Source: Planctopirus limnophila DSM 3776
Lineage (GTDB): Bacteria > Planctomycetota > Planctomycetia > Planctomycetales > Planctomycetaceae
Assembly: GCF_000092105.1 (NCBI RefSeq)
Contig: NC_014148.1
Span: 1,650,001 to 1,682,000, forward strand
Direction of reading: 5' to 3'
DNA length: 32,000 nt
Below, in pieces: positions 8,674-18,126 of this stretch (its first letter is position 1; each line of letters begins with the position of its first letter). The notes under the pieces were generated by a model. The model did not search any database, was not told the origin of the DNA, and saw only the letters and a list, made by a program, of their open reading frames with translations. Made by a program: the position numbers and the translations under genes.

Positions 8674-8808
8674 GGCGAGCCTGGATCACATCCTGCAAAT
8701 GTTGAGTATCCTGATTTTATCCAAAACCGATCGATATCCAGCAGATCCTCAACCAATTGGCATGTTCTCAGAGGGATAGAGACTGCCTCGAACCACAGGT
8801 GGAATCTT

Positions 8809-9849
8809 CTAGACGCTTTTCGCTGGTGCTGGGGCAGGGGTGCCTTGCATACGTCCAAAAATCATACGGCCGGCACTGTTCTGCAGCACACTGGTCACCA
8901 CGACTTCAATTTCGCGGTTCAGATGAACTGCCCCCTGTTCGCAGATCACCATCGTGCCATCATCAAGATATCCCACGCCCTGCCCGTAAGCTTCACCTTC
9001 ACGGATGATCTTGATTCGCAACTGCTCGCCTGGGAGGTATCTGGGTCTTAATGCATTCGCGACATCATTGAGATTAATGACATCCACACCTTGAACACTG
9101 GCAACTTTATTCAGATTAAAGTCGTTGGTCAGCACACGGCCACCACGCTGTTTGGCCAGTCCGACAATTCTCTGGTCGACTGTCAAACCTTCGGGATTCT
9201 TTTCTTTCACCTCTTCGACACGAATGTCGACCTTTGAGTTCTGCTGTAGACGGGTCAGCACATCCAGACCGCGACGCCCGCGTGTGCGTCGCAATTTGTC
9301 ATTGCTGTCGGCAATCTCCTGAAGTTCTTCCAGGACAAAGCTCGGGACAATCATCTCTGTGTCGAATAACTTTGTTTCTGCCAGATCGGCAATGCGGCCA
9401 TCGATCAGCGAACTGGTATCCACCACCAGAGGCCGGCCCCCTTTGATCTCCTTCACAAACTCGACATAAGGAATCACGAAGCGGAAATCGTTGCGCGTCT
9501 GCAACAGCAGCGAAATACAGACATAGGGCAGCACAATCAGTCCCAAGCCAATCACGGCACTTTTCACATATGGCAACAGGCTGAGTGGTTCGAGTGCCAC
9601 CGAAAGGAGATAGCACAGGAGGACACCAATCAAAAGTCCGAAGTAAATCGAAGAAATCAGATCCAACCGTTTGCGGGGGATCAGTAAGTCAGCCAGCGTA
9701 AAGGCCTGCGTAAAGAGCATCAGCCCCACAAACCAGACGAATGGATAATCTCCGATAAACGCCGGAGGATTGCTGGAGGGTGCCACGAAGGATGCAATGG
9801 CTCCCGCGCAGATGACCGCGTACAGAATTCGAATAATGATCAGCAGCAT
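8809..9849 (-). CDS. Membrane-anchored PIN-TRAM domain protein (YacL-like)
   Basis: There are four N-terminal TM helices, then a PIN-like segment (PLVVDTSSLIDGRIADL..VPSFVLEELQ). The C-terminus is TRAM-like (GEQLRIKIIREGEAYGQGVGYLDDGTMVICE..EVVVTSVLQNSAGRMIFG). Confidence 0.85.
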   Translation of the reverse strand: MLLIIIRILYAVICAGAIASFVAPSSNPPAFIGDYPFVWFVGLMLFTQAFTLADLLIPRKRLDLISSIYFGLLIGVLLCYLLSVALEPLSLLPYVKSAVIGLGLIVLPYVCISLLLQTRNDFRFVIPYVEFVKEIKGGRPLVVDTSSLIDGRIADLAETKLFDTEMIVPSFVLEELQEIADSNDKLRRTRGRRGLDVLTRLQQNSKVDIRVEEVKEKNPEGLTVDQRIVGLAKQRGGRVLTNDFNLNKVASVQGVDVINLNDVANALRPRYLPGEQLRIKIIREGEAYGQGVGYLDDGTMVICEQGAVHLNREIEVVVTSVLQNSAGRMIFGRMQGTPAPAPAKSV

Positions 9850-10187
9850 AGCTTTGGTATCGTCAAAGGATGAAATTCGTCAGGGATGCCATACGGTGAA
9901 TACAACGATCGATGATGGCCAGGTATGCTGACCAGAATCGTCTCCGACAGTCCTTATCTCCATCAGGGGATGGATCGCTTCGTCAAAGACAATCTCATCA
10001 TCTTTCTGCACCTAATGGTATTTCGGTTGACTACGGTTTGCCAGTCGTGGGGTGTCGATGCCTGAATTCTACCGCAATTCGTGGCCTCTGAATCGCTAGA
10101 ATCAAACTTATGCGGTCCTCGGACTTCAGGAACAGAAACGAACCCGGTAATCTCTGCGTATTGTGCATTTGTGAAGATGGAATCTGG

Positions 10188-10484
10188 CTAGATTACAACG
10201 TCTGCCAGGCAGGAAAGAGCCACCACCTCCTGCCACCGAACGAGGACCTGTTTGCGGTTGACTCGAATTCCCAACCGCCTGGTTTCAATCACATATAACT
10301 CTCGGCTCGATTTCGAGTCTCGCAGATCGTGAACATCAGCATCGGCTAATGTCGCAAAAACGCCGTTCACACTCACCAGGCGACCGGCAATCACATAATT
10401 GGCCACAGTGTCGAGGACGACATTTTCACCCAGCATGTGTGAAAGTTCACCCTTGGTCAGCATCGTTGCATCAAGTTCAGCCAT
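10188..10484 (-). CDS. Small hypothetical protein, possibly Sm-like (LSm) fold
   Basis: This 98-aa ORF is isolated between two long non-coding spacers. Its pattern VVLDTVANYVIAGRLVSVNGVFATLADADVHD ... KQVLVRWQEVVAL loosely resembles Sm1/Sm2 motifs. The function call is weak. Confidence 0.5.
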   Translation of the reverse strand: MAELDATMLTKGELSHMLGENVVLDTVANYVIAGRLVSVNGVFATLADADVHDLRDSKSSRELYVIETRRLGIRVNRKQVLVRWQEVVALSCLADVVI

Positions 10485-10771
10485 CAGGTTCTCTTTATGT
10501 CGTCCGTCAAAATGAACGGAAGGAAGCGAGATATTGGATTTTACTTCTGTTGAGAAAACGTGTTGCTTCGGAATTTTACATTTTTATTCGCCAACTCGAC
10601 CAGTAGTTTTCAGGTGGCCATCATCCACCTCTGGTGAGATAAATTTCTTGGATGACCGTGCCGTCGATCAAACCTCGGCTATCCCGAAGGCTCATTTCGT
10701 CTGGTTTGATCTTGGTGTTTCGGGTATGACCAAAGAGGTAAATCAGTCTTCGAATCCAACTGGCGGCAGCA

Positions 10772-11608
10772 ATGAGAGCTCACATGCCAATCAAATTCTC
10801 CAGGGAATGGTCGCTCTTTGTTGTCCTGTGCTGCATGTGGTCTCAGGTCGCTTGCGATCACTCGACGGCTCACTCACGAGATCGAGTCTTGCCTGTCGAA
10901 AAGGCCGAGGTTGTGGCCGCTTTTCCACACGATCCAGAAGCCTTCAGCCAGGGGTTGGTGGTCGAGGGCGGTACTCTCTACGAAAGTACGGGCCTGTTTG
11001 GAAGTTCTTCGTTGCGGATTGTGGATCTGGAAACCGGGAAAGTTCAAAAGATTGTTCGCTTGAACGATCAGTATTTCGGTGAGGGGCTCACCAAACGGGG
11101 TGACCAACTGATTCAGATCACGTGGAAGAATCGCGAAGCCTTTGTGTTTGACGCAGCAACTTTGGAATACAAATCGACGATCCGCTATGCGGGTGAAGGG
11201 TGGGGTCTCACTCGCTGGGGCGAACATCTGGTCATGAGTGATGGTTCATCTGTACTCAAGGTTTTAGAACCAGAGACCTTTCGAGTATTAAAAAAAATCT
11301 CGGTCCGCGCGGATGGTCGAGCGGTCTCCGATCTCAATGAACTCGAGACTGTGGGAAACGAAATCTGGGCCAATGTCTGGCATCGCGATCTCATCCTGAG
11401 AATTGATCCTCGAACAGGAGAGGGGATTGGCTGGATCGATCTGAGCCATCTGTTTCCTTCCAATCGTCGTCCTCATCAGGAGGCAGTTCTAAATGGAATC
11501 GCTTATGATCCAGTGAAAGGCCGGTTGTTTGTCACCGGGAAAAACTGGCCTCAATTGTTTGAGATTCGAGTCGACTCACTCCCGGAACCAGCCGCCAAAA
11601 AGCCCTGA
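10772..11608 (+). CDS. Glutaminyl-peptide cyclotransferase (bacterial/plant beta-propeller type)
   Basis: The 278-aa ORF has a signal-like N-terminus. It contains FPHDPEAFSQGL..G.LYESTGLFGSSSLR..DLETGKV..L...YFGEGLT...L.QITWKN..AFVFD and later WANVW, matching the glutamine cyclotransferase family pattern. Confidence 0.85.
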   Translation: MRAHMPIKFSREWSLFVVLCCMWSQVACDHSTAHSRDRVLPVEKAEVVAAFPHDPEAFSQGLVVEGGTLYESTGLFGSSSLRIVDLETGKVQKIVRLNDQYFGEGLTKRGDQLIQITWKNREAFVFDAATLEYKSTIRYAGEGWGLTRWGEHLVMSDGSSVLKVLEPETFRVLKKISVRADGRAVSDLNELETVGNEIWANVWHRDLILRIDPRTGEGIGWIDLSHLFPSNRRPHQEAVLNGIAYDPVKGRLFVTGKNWPQLFEIRVDSLPEPAAKKP

Positions 11609-11676
11609 GCCAGTGATATGGCTGGTTGTTGATATGGGATCAGGTTCTCCCGTTTTTTGCAGGATTTGCGTTCGTT

Positions 11677-12264
11677 ATGACAGAGTCTTTATTGCCTCCA
11701 TCTGATGTGTCGAAGTCGATTCAGGAACTCATGGCGACTCGCCGGACAATTGGTGCGTTTTTGCCTGAAGCCAACGGGCTTCAGGATGCTCTGCTCGAAG
11801 CGGTTGAAGCCGCCCGCTGGGCTCCGAACCACCGGCGGACAGAACCATGGCTGTTTGTCAATCTGGGGCCTGAGACGATCGAAAAAGTTCTGACCTTGAA
11901 CGATCAGATTCTCACAGCCAGTAAAGGGGCCGAATTTGCTGCCACGAAGCGAAAACAGTGGGCTGAAATCCCCGGCTGGCTGGTGGTCGGTTGTAAAGTC
12001 TCGGACAACCCGGAAATTGCCGAAGAAGATTATGCAGCCTGTGCCTGTGCAATACAGAATCTCACGTTAAGTCTGTGGTCACGAGGCATTGCCAGCAAAT
12101 GGTCCACAGGCGACATCACAAAGCGAGCGGACTTCGCCACGATTTGTGGTCTCAATCCAGAAAACGACCGCATCGTGGGCCTGATTTGGTACGGCTATCC
12201 CGCCAAAGTTCCACCTGGCAGCCGTCAGCGTACTGCTGATCAGATTCTCACCAGACTTCCTTGA
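11677..12264 (+). CDS. Nitroreductase family protein
   Basis: The motifs RRTIGAFLPE and AARWAPNHRRTEPW, plus a C-terminal ..GLIWYGYP, are typical of FMN nitroreductases. The track start (TTG 11626) adds an unlikely hydrophobic leader, so I prefer ATG 11677. Confidence 0.85.
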   Translation: MTESLLPPSDVSKSIQELMATRRTIGAFLPEANGLQDALLEAVEAARWAPNHRRTEPWLFVNLGPETIEKVLTLNDQILTASKGAEFAATKRKQWAEIPGWLVVGCKVSDNPEIAEEDYAACACAIQNLTLSLWSRGIASKWSTGDITKRADFATICGLNPENDRIVGLIWYGYPAKVPPGSRQRTADQILTRLP

Positions 12265-12301
12265 AGCACTGTTTTCATTGCTTTTAGGGTAGCAGTAAAT
12301 G

Positions 12302-12333
12302 CAGGAAGCAAACCATAAATGGTCTGCTTCCTG
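12302..12333. terminator. Hairpin between convergent genes (candidate bidirectional terminator)
   Basis: CAGGAAGCAAACC - ATAAAT - GGTCTGCTTCCTG pairs at 12 of 13 positions. It lies between the nitroreductase stop (12264) and the DUF1559 stop (12370). There is no clear U-tract. Confidence 0.35.
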
Positions 12334-12369
12334 GTGATAGTCGTTATGTAAAGACTTAACTGTTGGCGA

Positions 12370-13365
12370 TTAGTATTCGCCGACCACTTCACCGCCTGCG
12401 CGAGTATTGATGGCTTTAAACAGACCCAGATCGACGTTTTCGGTCAGGAATCGCACGCGACCATCTCCGAAGAGAAAGTGAGCCCCGCCCACATGCGGGC
12501 TGCTAAAATCGTCCAGGTGAGTTGAAGGATGGTTCGGCGTGTGATCGGCCAGACCCAACACGCGGGCAATCGCTTCGGCCCCTTCAGGAATCACGGCTCC
12601 CCAGGTGCTGAACCACTGCTCGTCAGGCTCTGAGGGATCTGGAAGCAAGTCAGTTTTATGTTCGCCCACCAGTACCGTATTGCTGAGTCCATCGCTGACA
12701 TCACGGAAGCGAACATTGCTGTTGTGCCAGAACATCCCATTGCCACGAATCTGATGATCTGGCCCGTTATCTTCGATGTCATCTTCCCATGAGTAGTTTG
12801 TATATCCTTGAACTGAATTTCCAAAGGCTCCGACATAGTTGGCATTTGCCAGAGTTGCCAATGGGGTAGCGCCAGTCGCTTCATCGAAAATCTGCCACGT
12901 TTGTGGCCCACTATCCGATGGACAGCGGAAGGCTGGCAGAATCGTACGCAGCAGAGTTTGGTTGTTGTTGCCTGCAGTACTCATGCATGAGTCAGAAAAG
13001 TTGATACGGTTATAAAGTGGTGTCTGATCCAGCATTGGAAGAATCATCGTTCCCCACGAGAACCCAGAGACACCATCTTCGGCATGTGGCTGCCGAGTGG
13101 CTGCATCCACTCCAATCCAGCCCGGTGGCAGAACACCGTGTGTGTCATGATAGTTGTGCAGTGCCAATCCCAATTGCTTGAGATTGTTGACACACTGTGA
13201 TCGCCGGGCCGCTTCACGAGCCTGCTGAACTGCTGGCAATAAAAGAGCGATCAAAATGGCAATAATCGCAATCACCACCAGCAGTTCGATCAGTGTAAAT
13301 CCTTTGCGGGTATGATGTTTTGCAGGACAAATCTTCGATAAACCTGGAGCATTTATCGTGAACAT
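12370..13365 (-). CDS. DUF1559 domain protein with prepilin-type N-terminal cleavage/methylation motif
   Basis: KGFTLIELLVVIAIIAILIALLLPAVQQAREAARRSQCVNNLKQLGLALHNYH is followed by the C-terminal GGAHFLFGDGRVRFL. This is the hallmark of the DUF1559 family, which is expanded in Planctomycetes. I prefer ATG 13365 (MFTINAPG.., 22-aa leader) over the ORF maximum at 13482. Confidence 0.9.
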   Translation of the reverse strand: MFTINAPGLSKICPAKHHTRKGFTLIELLVVIAIIAILIALLLPAVQQAREAARRSQCVNNLKQLGLALHNYHDTHGVLPPGWIGVDAATRQPHAEDGVSGFSWGTMILPMLDQTPLYNRINFSDSCMSTAGNNNQTLLRTILPAFRCPSDSGPQTWQIFDEATGATPLATLANANYVGAFGNSVQGYTNYSWEDDIEDNGPDHQIRGNGMFWHNSNVRFRDVSDGLSNTVLVGEHKTDLLPDPSEPDEQWFSTWGAVIPEGAEAIARVLGLADHTPNHPSTHLDDFSSPHVGGAHFLFGDGRVRFLTENVDLGLFKAINTRAGGEVVGEY

Positions 13366-13655
13366 GGGCTGACTCTCAGTGGGTAATGAAAATGATGAAA
13401 ACAAATCCCGTGATAACATTAGCCTACCATGCAACACACTTAATGCAATAGGCTTGCAAGAGGTTTCTGAAAGCAAAAGCAACTTTAGTGTTCGTACGAT
13501 TGAAGAGGTGTTGAAGTGTTGGCTGGTACTGGGTGAGATGGGTTATTGGCTGATTCGAGTCCATCACTTAGGGGCTACGCACGATGAAATCAGACTGTGT
13601 GGTAGATCTTTGCAAGATTCCTGTGAAAGATTGGTAAGCCCATCGTCTGACAACC

Positions 13656-14987
13656 GTGAAAAGGTCCCAGCGGATGAACGTCTCCTTTCCATCGCATCGG
13701 CAAGAACTTCTCGATCAGCAGTTCGAGCGTCTGGCCAAACTTGTCGGTCGACTGGAGCACAACGCCTTCTGGCAACCCAGGCTCAAATCAGCGGAGTGGA
13801 CATCAGACAAACTTTCGTCCATCCCTCCGACTGCGGAAAACTTGCGAGCCCTGCTGGATCGGCTGCCAATCGTTCGCAAAGCCGAGCTGGTGGCAGATCA
13901 GTTACAAAACCCACCTTACGGCACCAATCTTTCGTTTCCTCTTTCAGACTACGCGAGGTTACATCAGACCTCCGGCACGACCACCGGGAAGCCTTTACGC
14001 TGGCTCGACACGCCGGAATCATGGGGCTGGATCATGTCGTGCTGGAAGCAGATCTATGCACTTATGGGGCTGCGAGCGACAGATCGCCTGATATTCCCCT
14101 TTTCTTTTGGCCCGTTTCTCGGTTTTTGGGCAGGCTTCGAAGGGGCTGCACAGATGGGAAATCTTTGTCTGGCTGCTGGCGGTATGAGCAGTGAAGCTCG
14201 TCTGAAACTCATCGATGAAAATCAGATCACGATTCTCGCCTGTACTCCCACCTATGCACTCCGGTTAGCCGAGGTGGCCAGGCAGCAGGGGATCGACCTG
14301 ACAAAGTCATCTGTTCGCGCGATTCTCGTGGCTGGTGAACCCGGTGGAAATATCCCAGCGACCCGACAACTGATCGAAACCACCTGGAATGCCAGGGTTT
14401 TTGATCATTGGGGCATGACTGAGGTGGGCCCGCTGGCCATGGAAACCGAACATGATCCCGGCTCGTTATCTGTGCTTGAGACAGAATGCATCGTTGAAAT
14501 CCTCAATCCTGAGACTCATCGTGCCGTCGCAGAAGGAGAATCCGGAGAACTGGTCATCACGAATCTGGGGCGAGTCGGCTCACCACTGCTTCGTTACGCC
14601 ACAGGTGATATCGTGACACCATCCTGGCAGCGGGTCGCAGGCGATCCCCCTTTTGTCAGGCTCATGGGTGGAATCCAGGGCCGCACAGACGATATGTGGA
14701 TTATCCGTGGCAACAACGTCTTCCCCTCGAGTCTGGAAGCAATCATTCGCTCGATACCGGAAGTGGAGGAATTCCAGCTTCGTGTTCATTCTCACCGGCA
14801 GATGCAGGAAGTGAGTATACGGATCGAATGCCGGCGCGGTCTCAGTGAGGCAGCATGTCAGAGTTGCGCCATGAAAATTCGCCAGCAGATCAAAGAGCGG
14901 CATCACTTCGAAGCCAGCATCGAACTTGTCGAACCGGGAGTTCTGCCACGTTTCGAGATGAAGGCCAAACGAATCATAACTGAATAA
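13656..14987 (+). CDS. Phenylacetate-CoA ligase-like / F390-synthetase-like adenylate-forming enzyme (PaaK family)
   Basis: The AMP-binding P-loop-like motif HQTSGTTTGKPLRW is present. The size (about 440 aa) and the ..AGEPGG.. and ..YATGD.. motifs are typical of the PaaK/COG1541 family. The start is either GTG 13656 or ATG 13674. Confidence 0.8.
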   Translation: MKRSQRMNVSFPSHRQELLDQQFERLAKLVGRLEHNAFWQPRLKSAEWTSDKLSSIPPTAENLRALLDRLPIVRKAELVADQLQNPPYGTNLSFPLSDYARLHQTSGTTTGKPLRWLDTPESWGWIMSCWKQIYALMGLRATDRLIFPFSFGPFLGFWAGFEGAAQMGNLCLAAGGMSSEARLKLIDENQITILACTPTYALRLAEVARQQGIDLTKSSVRAILVAGEPGGNIPATRQLIETTWNARVFDHWGMTEVGPLAMETEHDPGSLSVLETECIVEILNPETHRAVAEGESGELVITNLGRVGSPLLRYATGDIVTPSWQRVAGDPPFVRLMGGIQGRTDDMWIIRGNNVFPSSLEAIIRSIPEVEEFQLRVHSHRQMQEVSIRIECRRGLSEAACQSCAMKIRQQIKERHHFEASIELVEPGVLPRFEMKAKRIITE

Positions 14988-15002
14988 ATTCAGATAGCTG
15001 AA

Positions 15003-16592
15003 TTATCGATTTGCATCTGTGTAAAACGAACTCAAACGAAATGAACTGCCGGGCCCCGACTTGAATTCAAGAATCAGACGGTTCGCCCCTTCGCCGTAAA
15101 TCCAGTGTTCAATCGGCCCGCTGCCTAGAATCAGCCGTGTTCGTCGAGGCGGAGCACCCAGGAGGCTCTTGGCCTGTTCCATTGTCATGCCGTTCGCCAA
15201 TTCACCAGGAGCCTTCGCTGAAGTGGTTGCGGGTGAATTGGCTGTTGAGAGTTCTCTCGTCCAGCGATTTCCACTGAGCCGATAACCTAGTCCTTCAAAT
15301 GCTTCACGAAGGGTTTTGTCCTCAGGAAATTTGAGCCAGCCGTTTTGCAGGATGGCAATCGTACCTTGTTCATCGTTGTAGATTGCGCGGTGATTTTCAG
15401 CCATGCGGACGACACCTGCACCACCTTGCGGGATGGAGAGTTCCGCTCGATGTTCCATCCATGCCCGGCGAGCTTGAGTGGCAACGTCGGCTTTTTTCCG
15501 CGCTTCGAGATCCTTGGTAAACGCCAGGAGTTCTTCGCGAGTCATCGTCTTGAGCCGTGCCATTCGAAATGCATCATAGCGGTCGAGGAAACTCTGGCTT
15601 TCATTTGCCCTTTCCGGAAGACGGATCCGCCATTCTTCTGCCAGCTCAACGCCATTCCTGCCATCAGACAACAAGCGTGCCTGAATTTCTGCTGCTGTCG
15701 CAGCAATCATCAACTGGCGATGCCATAGTTTTCGGTTTGCATCATCGGCTGCAGCATAATCATTAAGAACCTCGGCTTTCTGCAGATCAACCGGAATCCA
15801 TTTCGCTAAGGGAGTCTCTGCACCGGAAAACTTGCGACTGATCTGCATAACGGTGCTGGCCAGTGCTGCCGGATCTGGCTGTCCATCGCGGATCATGGTC
15901 GTGACCTGGAGCCACATGCCTTCGAATTGCAATTCCATCGCGAAGCGTTCATCGAGCTTCAATTCGCGGGCTTTTCTGGCCAAACTCTCCAGGGCTTCGG
16001 GGGTTCGCGGGTTGAGAATTCGAGCTTCTGTCTGCAACCCCCGCATGCGGGCACTGTCGGCCAATACCTTAAGCTCGCTATCAGCAAAAAAAGTGGCTCG
16101 GTTCTCAGCCCAGTCAGCCAGTTCATACCACGGCTGTGCTTCGCCGGCACGAATCTCTCCGGCTCGAATGCGATACTTTTCCCCATCGCCCGCAACCACG
16201 CTGACTTTGGAAACATCAAACAGAAGTTTGTCCGTGTTTTTCTCTTTGCGGACTGTCCCTCGCACAACCACACTCTTACCACTTGAAACCTGCCGGGCAT
16301 CTTCCTCTTTGAGAACGAATGGCATCGCGCATCGAGCCAGTCGCATCGAATTTTTCGATAGCGAGGTGATTCTGCCTTCGATCGTTACCGGAACATCGAC
16401 CAGGCTATCCCAGCGATCTTTCAGATCATTGAAATGCTGGGTAGACCAGGCTTCTTCACTCGCTTCGACTTGGCATGTCGTGACGAGGCAAAACAATGCC
16501 AGCGTAAACATGATGGACAGTCGAGCAGCCTGTAACGATCCAATCAATCCCGCCATGGTACGTCTGGCCTTCATGAAATGAGCGATTCTCAT
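15003..16592 (-). CDS. Hypothetical secreted or membrane-anchored protein
   Basis: The 529-aa ORF has an N-terminal signal/anchor (LSIMFTLALFCLVTTCQVEA). The C-terminal approximately 60 aa (TMEQAKSLLGAPP...HWIYGEG..LILEF) loosely resemble a BamE/SmpA_OmlA-type fold. Its start overlaps the upstream stop (ATGA at 16589-16592). Confidence 0.65.
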   Translation of the reverse strand: MRIAHFMKARRTMAGLIGSLQAARLSIMFTLALFCLVTTCQVEASEEAWSTQHFNDLKDRWDSLVDVPVTIEGRITSLSKNSMRLARCAMPFVLKEEDARQVSSGKSVVVRGTVRKEKNTDKLLFDVSKVSVVAGDGEKYRIRAGEIRAGEAQPWYELADWAENRATFFADSELKVLADSARMRGLQTEARILNPRTPEALESLARKARELKLDERFAMELQFEGMWLQVTTMIRDGQPDPAALASTVMQISRKFSGAETPLAKWIPVDLQKAEVLNDYAAADDANRKLWHRQLMIAATAAEIQARLLSDGRNGVELAEEWRIRLPERANESQSFLDRYDAFRMARLKTMTREELLAFTKDLEARKKADVATQARRAWMEHRAELSIPQGGAGVVRMAENHRAIYNDEQGTIAILQNGWLKFPEDKTLREAFEGLGYRLSGNRWTRELSTANSPATTSAKAPGELANGMTMEQAKSLLGAPPRRTRLILGSGPIEHWIYGEGANRLILEFKSGPGSSFRLSSFYTDANR

Positions 16593-17842
16593 GGCGATGA
16601 CTCCTTCTTACCGGAGTTGTTCTCGCCAGCTTGATCAGCTCCGGGAGCCGTTTGTCCGGTGCTCTTGAAGCCCATCGCTGCCATCTGACGCTCAAGAATC
16701 TCCTGAGTTTCTTTTTTCAGATCTGGATCAATGGAATCGAGTCCCAGCGTCTGCAGCACTTCCTCATGTGCCCACAGTGAAAACGTATCGCCTCTGAGTC
16801 GAATACGCAGTTCAGGCCGATCTGCGGGAACTTCAATCTCCTGTATCTGCCCAGCCACAATCATTCGCTGCGATTCATCACCATTGGGAAAACTCGATCT
16901 CATCCGATCCGGATTGAGCAGCACAATCGTTTTTCGGCCGGCAACCTGCAACGGGAGATCAAATTTCCAGCCGTTTGTCTCAGGCTCAGACCGGTCACGC
17001 TCTGCGGAACTGTCGAAAATTAGCCACTTGCCGGCATAGTTTCGACGGACACTATCCTTGAGTTCTCTTGAAAACTGCGGCCCGCGAAGGTCTGGCAATC
17101 CCTCCTCAAACGGGATCTCCACCAGATTTGCTGCAGCTCTGGCCTCGGCAGCATATTGCCGCACCATTCGCGATGTGTCTGTTTGAATTCCCAATAAGTT
17201 GAGTGCTGTGACGGCATCTGTCAGTTGGCGATTGGCTTCCGGGAAATTCCCTTCTTTGAGAGCTTTGATCCCGGCTTCAGTGGCCACATCAACTCGCAAT
17301 TTGGCGGAGGCAATGGCCGACTGTCTCCAGAGCACCAGTCCCGTCAGTACCAGAACGACTGCTGTCGCACTCACGATTGAGTGCCAGATGCGCCAGGACG
17401 ATTTCAGCTGATGGAGGCGTTTTCCCCAACTGGCAATCAACTTTTCGACAGCCGAAGGTTCGGGTGGTGCTGCATCCTGAGGTAAGGTGATCGGCACTGG
17501 AAGCGGCTTCACCTTCCGGCCAATCGCTTTGGCACCTTTCACGATGGGGGCTTCACCAGCGGTCGAAGCCATTAGGGCTTCGTTCAGTTCCGGATCATCG
17601 CCTGAGTTTTGCGAACTCTCCGGCTGGGCTTTCGAAAGAGTCTTTGTTATCGCCACCGGTGGATAGACGTTTGCCGGGAGGACAAAGACCTTCTGGCCGC
17701 ATTGCACACAAGGGATGAACTGATGCGAAGAGGAACGTTCCCCCGTAATTGTGTTGCCACATCCACAGGCAATTTCAAAGGGTACCGCGACCGGTGGAAC
17801 CGATTGAGCAGATTTCGAAGATTGGCTGAACCAGCCTGCCAT
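16589..17842 (-). CDS. Hypothetical zinc-ribbon membrane protein
   Basis: The 417-aa ORF has an N-terminal CxC..(18)..CxxC ribbon (CGCGNTITGERSSSHQFIPCVQCGQ) and a Pro-rich linker. One TM follows (IWHSIVSATAVVLVLTGLVLW), then an extracytoplasmic domain. It is translationally coupled to the downstream gene. Confidence 0.65.
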   Translation of the reverse strand: MAGWFSQSSKSAQSVPPVAVPFEIACGCGNTITGERSSSHQFIPCVQCGQKVFVLPANVYPPVAITKTLSKAQPESSQNSGDDPELNEALMASTAGEAPIVKGAKAIGRKVKPLPVPITLPQDAAPPEPSAVEKLIASWGKRLHQLKSSWRIWHSIVSATAVVLVLTGLVLWRQSAIASAKLRVDVATEAGIKALKEGNFPEANRQLTDAVTALNLLGIQTDTSRMVRQYAAEARAAANLVEIPFEEGLPDLRGPQFSRELKDSVRRNYAGKWLIFDSSAERDRSEPETNGWKFDLPLQVAGRKTIVLLNPDRMRSSFPNGDESQRMIVAGQIQEIEVPADRPELRIRLRGDTFSLWAHEEVLQTLGLDSIDPDLKKETQEILERQMAAMGFKSTGQTAPGADQAGENNSGKKESSP

Positions 17843-18126
17843 AGACTCACACTCTTAAAAGGCTGAGTTGCCCAGTTTGCGTTCCACCTGTTGAGTCGCC
17901 ATGTCATCCATTCATTGAGTGCATTATTAGGCGACCAAGTCCGTGGTTCAATGGCCGATCTGTGAATCGTCAAAATCGGAACAACCGGAAAAGTCATTCT
18001 CGCTGAAACTGGAAATGTTGCTTACAGGCAACATGACGCGCGCAGCGAGACATCCAGAAGCTATAGGGCTCATGGTGGGTTGTATTGCGCATACTTCCCA
18101 GCGGTTCTTGATTGAGGAGTTCCAGA

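Noticed and set aside
10510-10535. CGGAAGGAAGC resembles the conserved SRP (4.5S) RNA helix 8 motif.
   Set aside because: The surrounding sequence lacks the GGUCC 5' strand immediately before a GGAA tetraloop and lacks the complementary 3' strand. I judge it a chance 11-mer in a promoter region.
10621-10779. A minus-strand fragment, ..AASWIRRLIYLFGHTRNTKIKPDEM..., resembles the GHTH motif region of a metallophosphoesterase. This raised the possibility of a pseudogene remnant.
   Set aside because: Only about 53 codons are open, there is no start codon, and the region overlaps the glutaminyl cyclase start. The downstream NPGS-type motif is absent. The evidence is insufficient to call a pseudogene.
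13379-14194. A 271-aa plus-strand ORF spans the DUF1559/PaaK spacer and the 5' part of the PaaK-like gene.
   Set aside because: It is out of frame with the PaaK-like ORF, which carries the SGTTGKP-type motif. The translation is Arg/Ser-rich and featureless.
14988-15002. A small palindrome, TTCAG-ATAG-CTGAA, lies in the 15-nt gap between the convergent PaaK-like and 529-aa genes. It was considered as a terminator.
   Set aside because: The stem is only 5 bp and AT-rich, so it is too weak to call.
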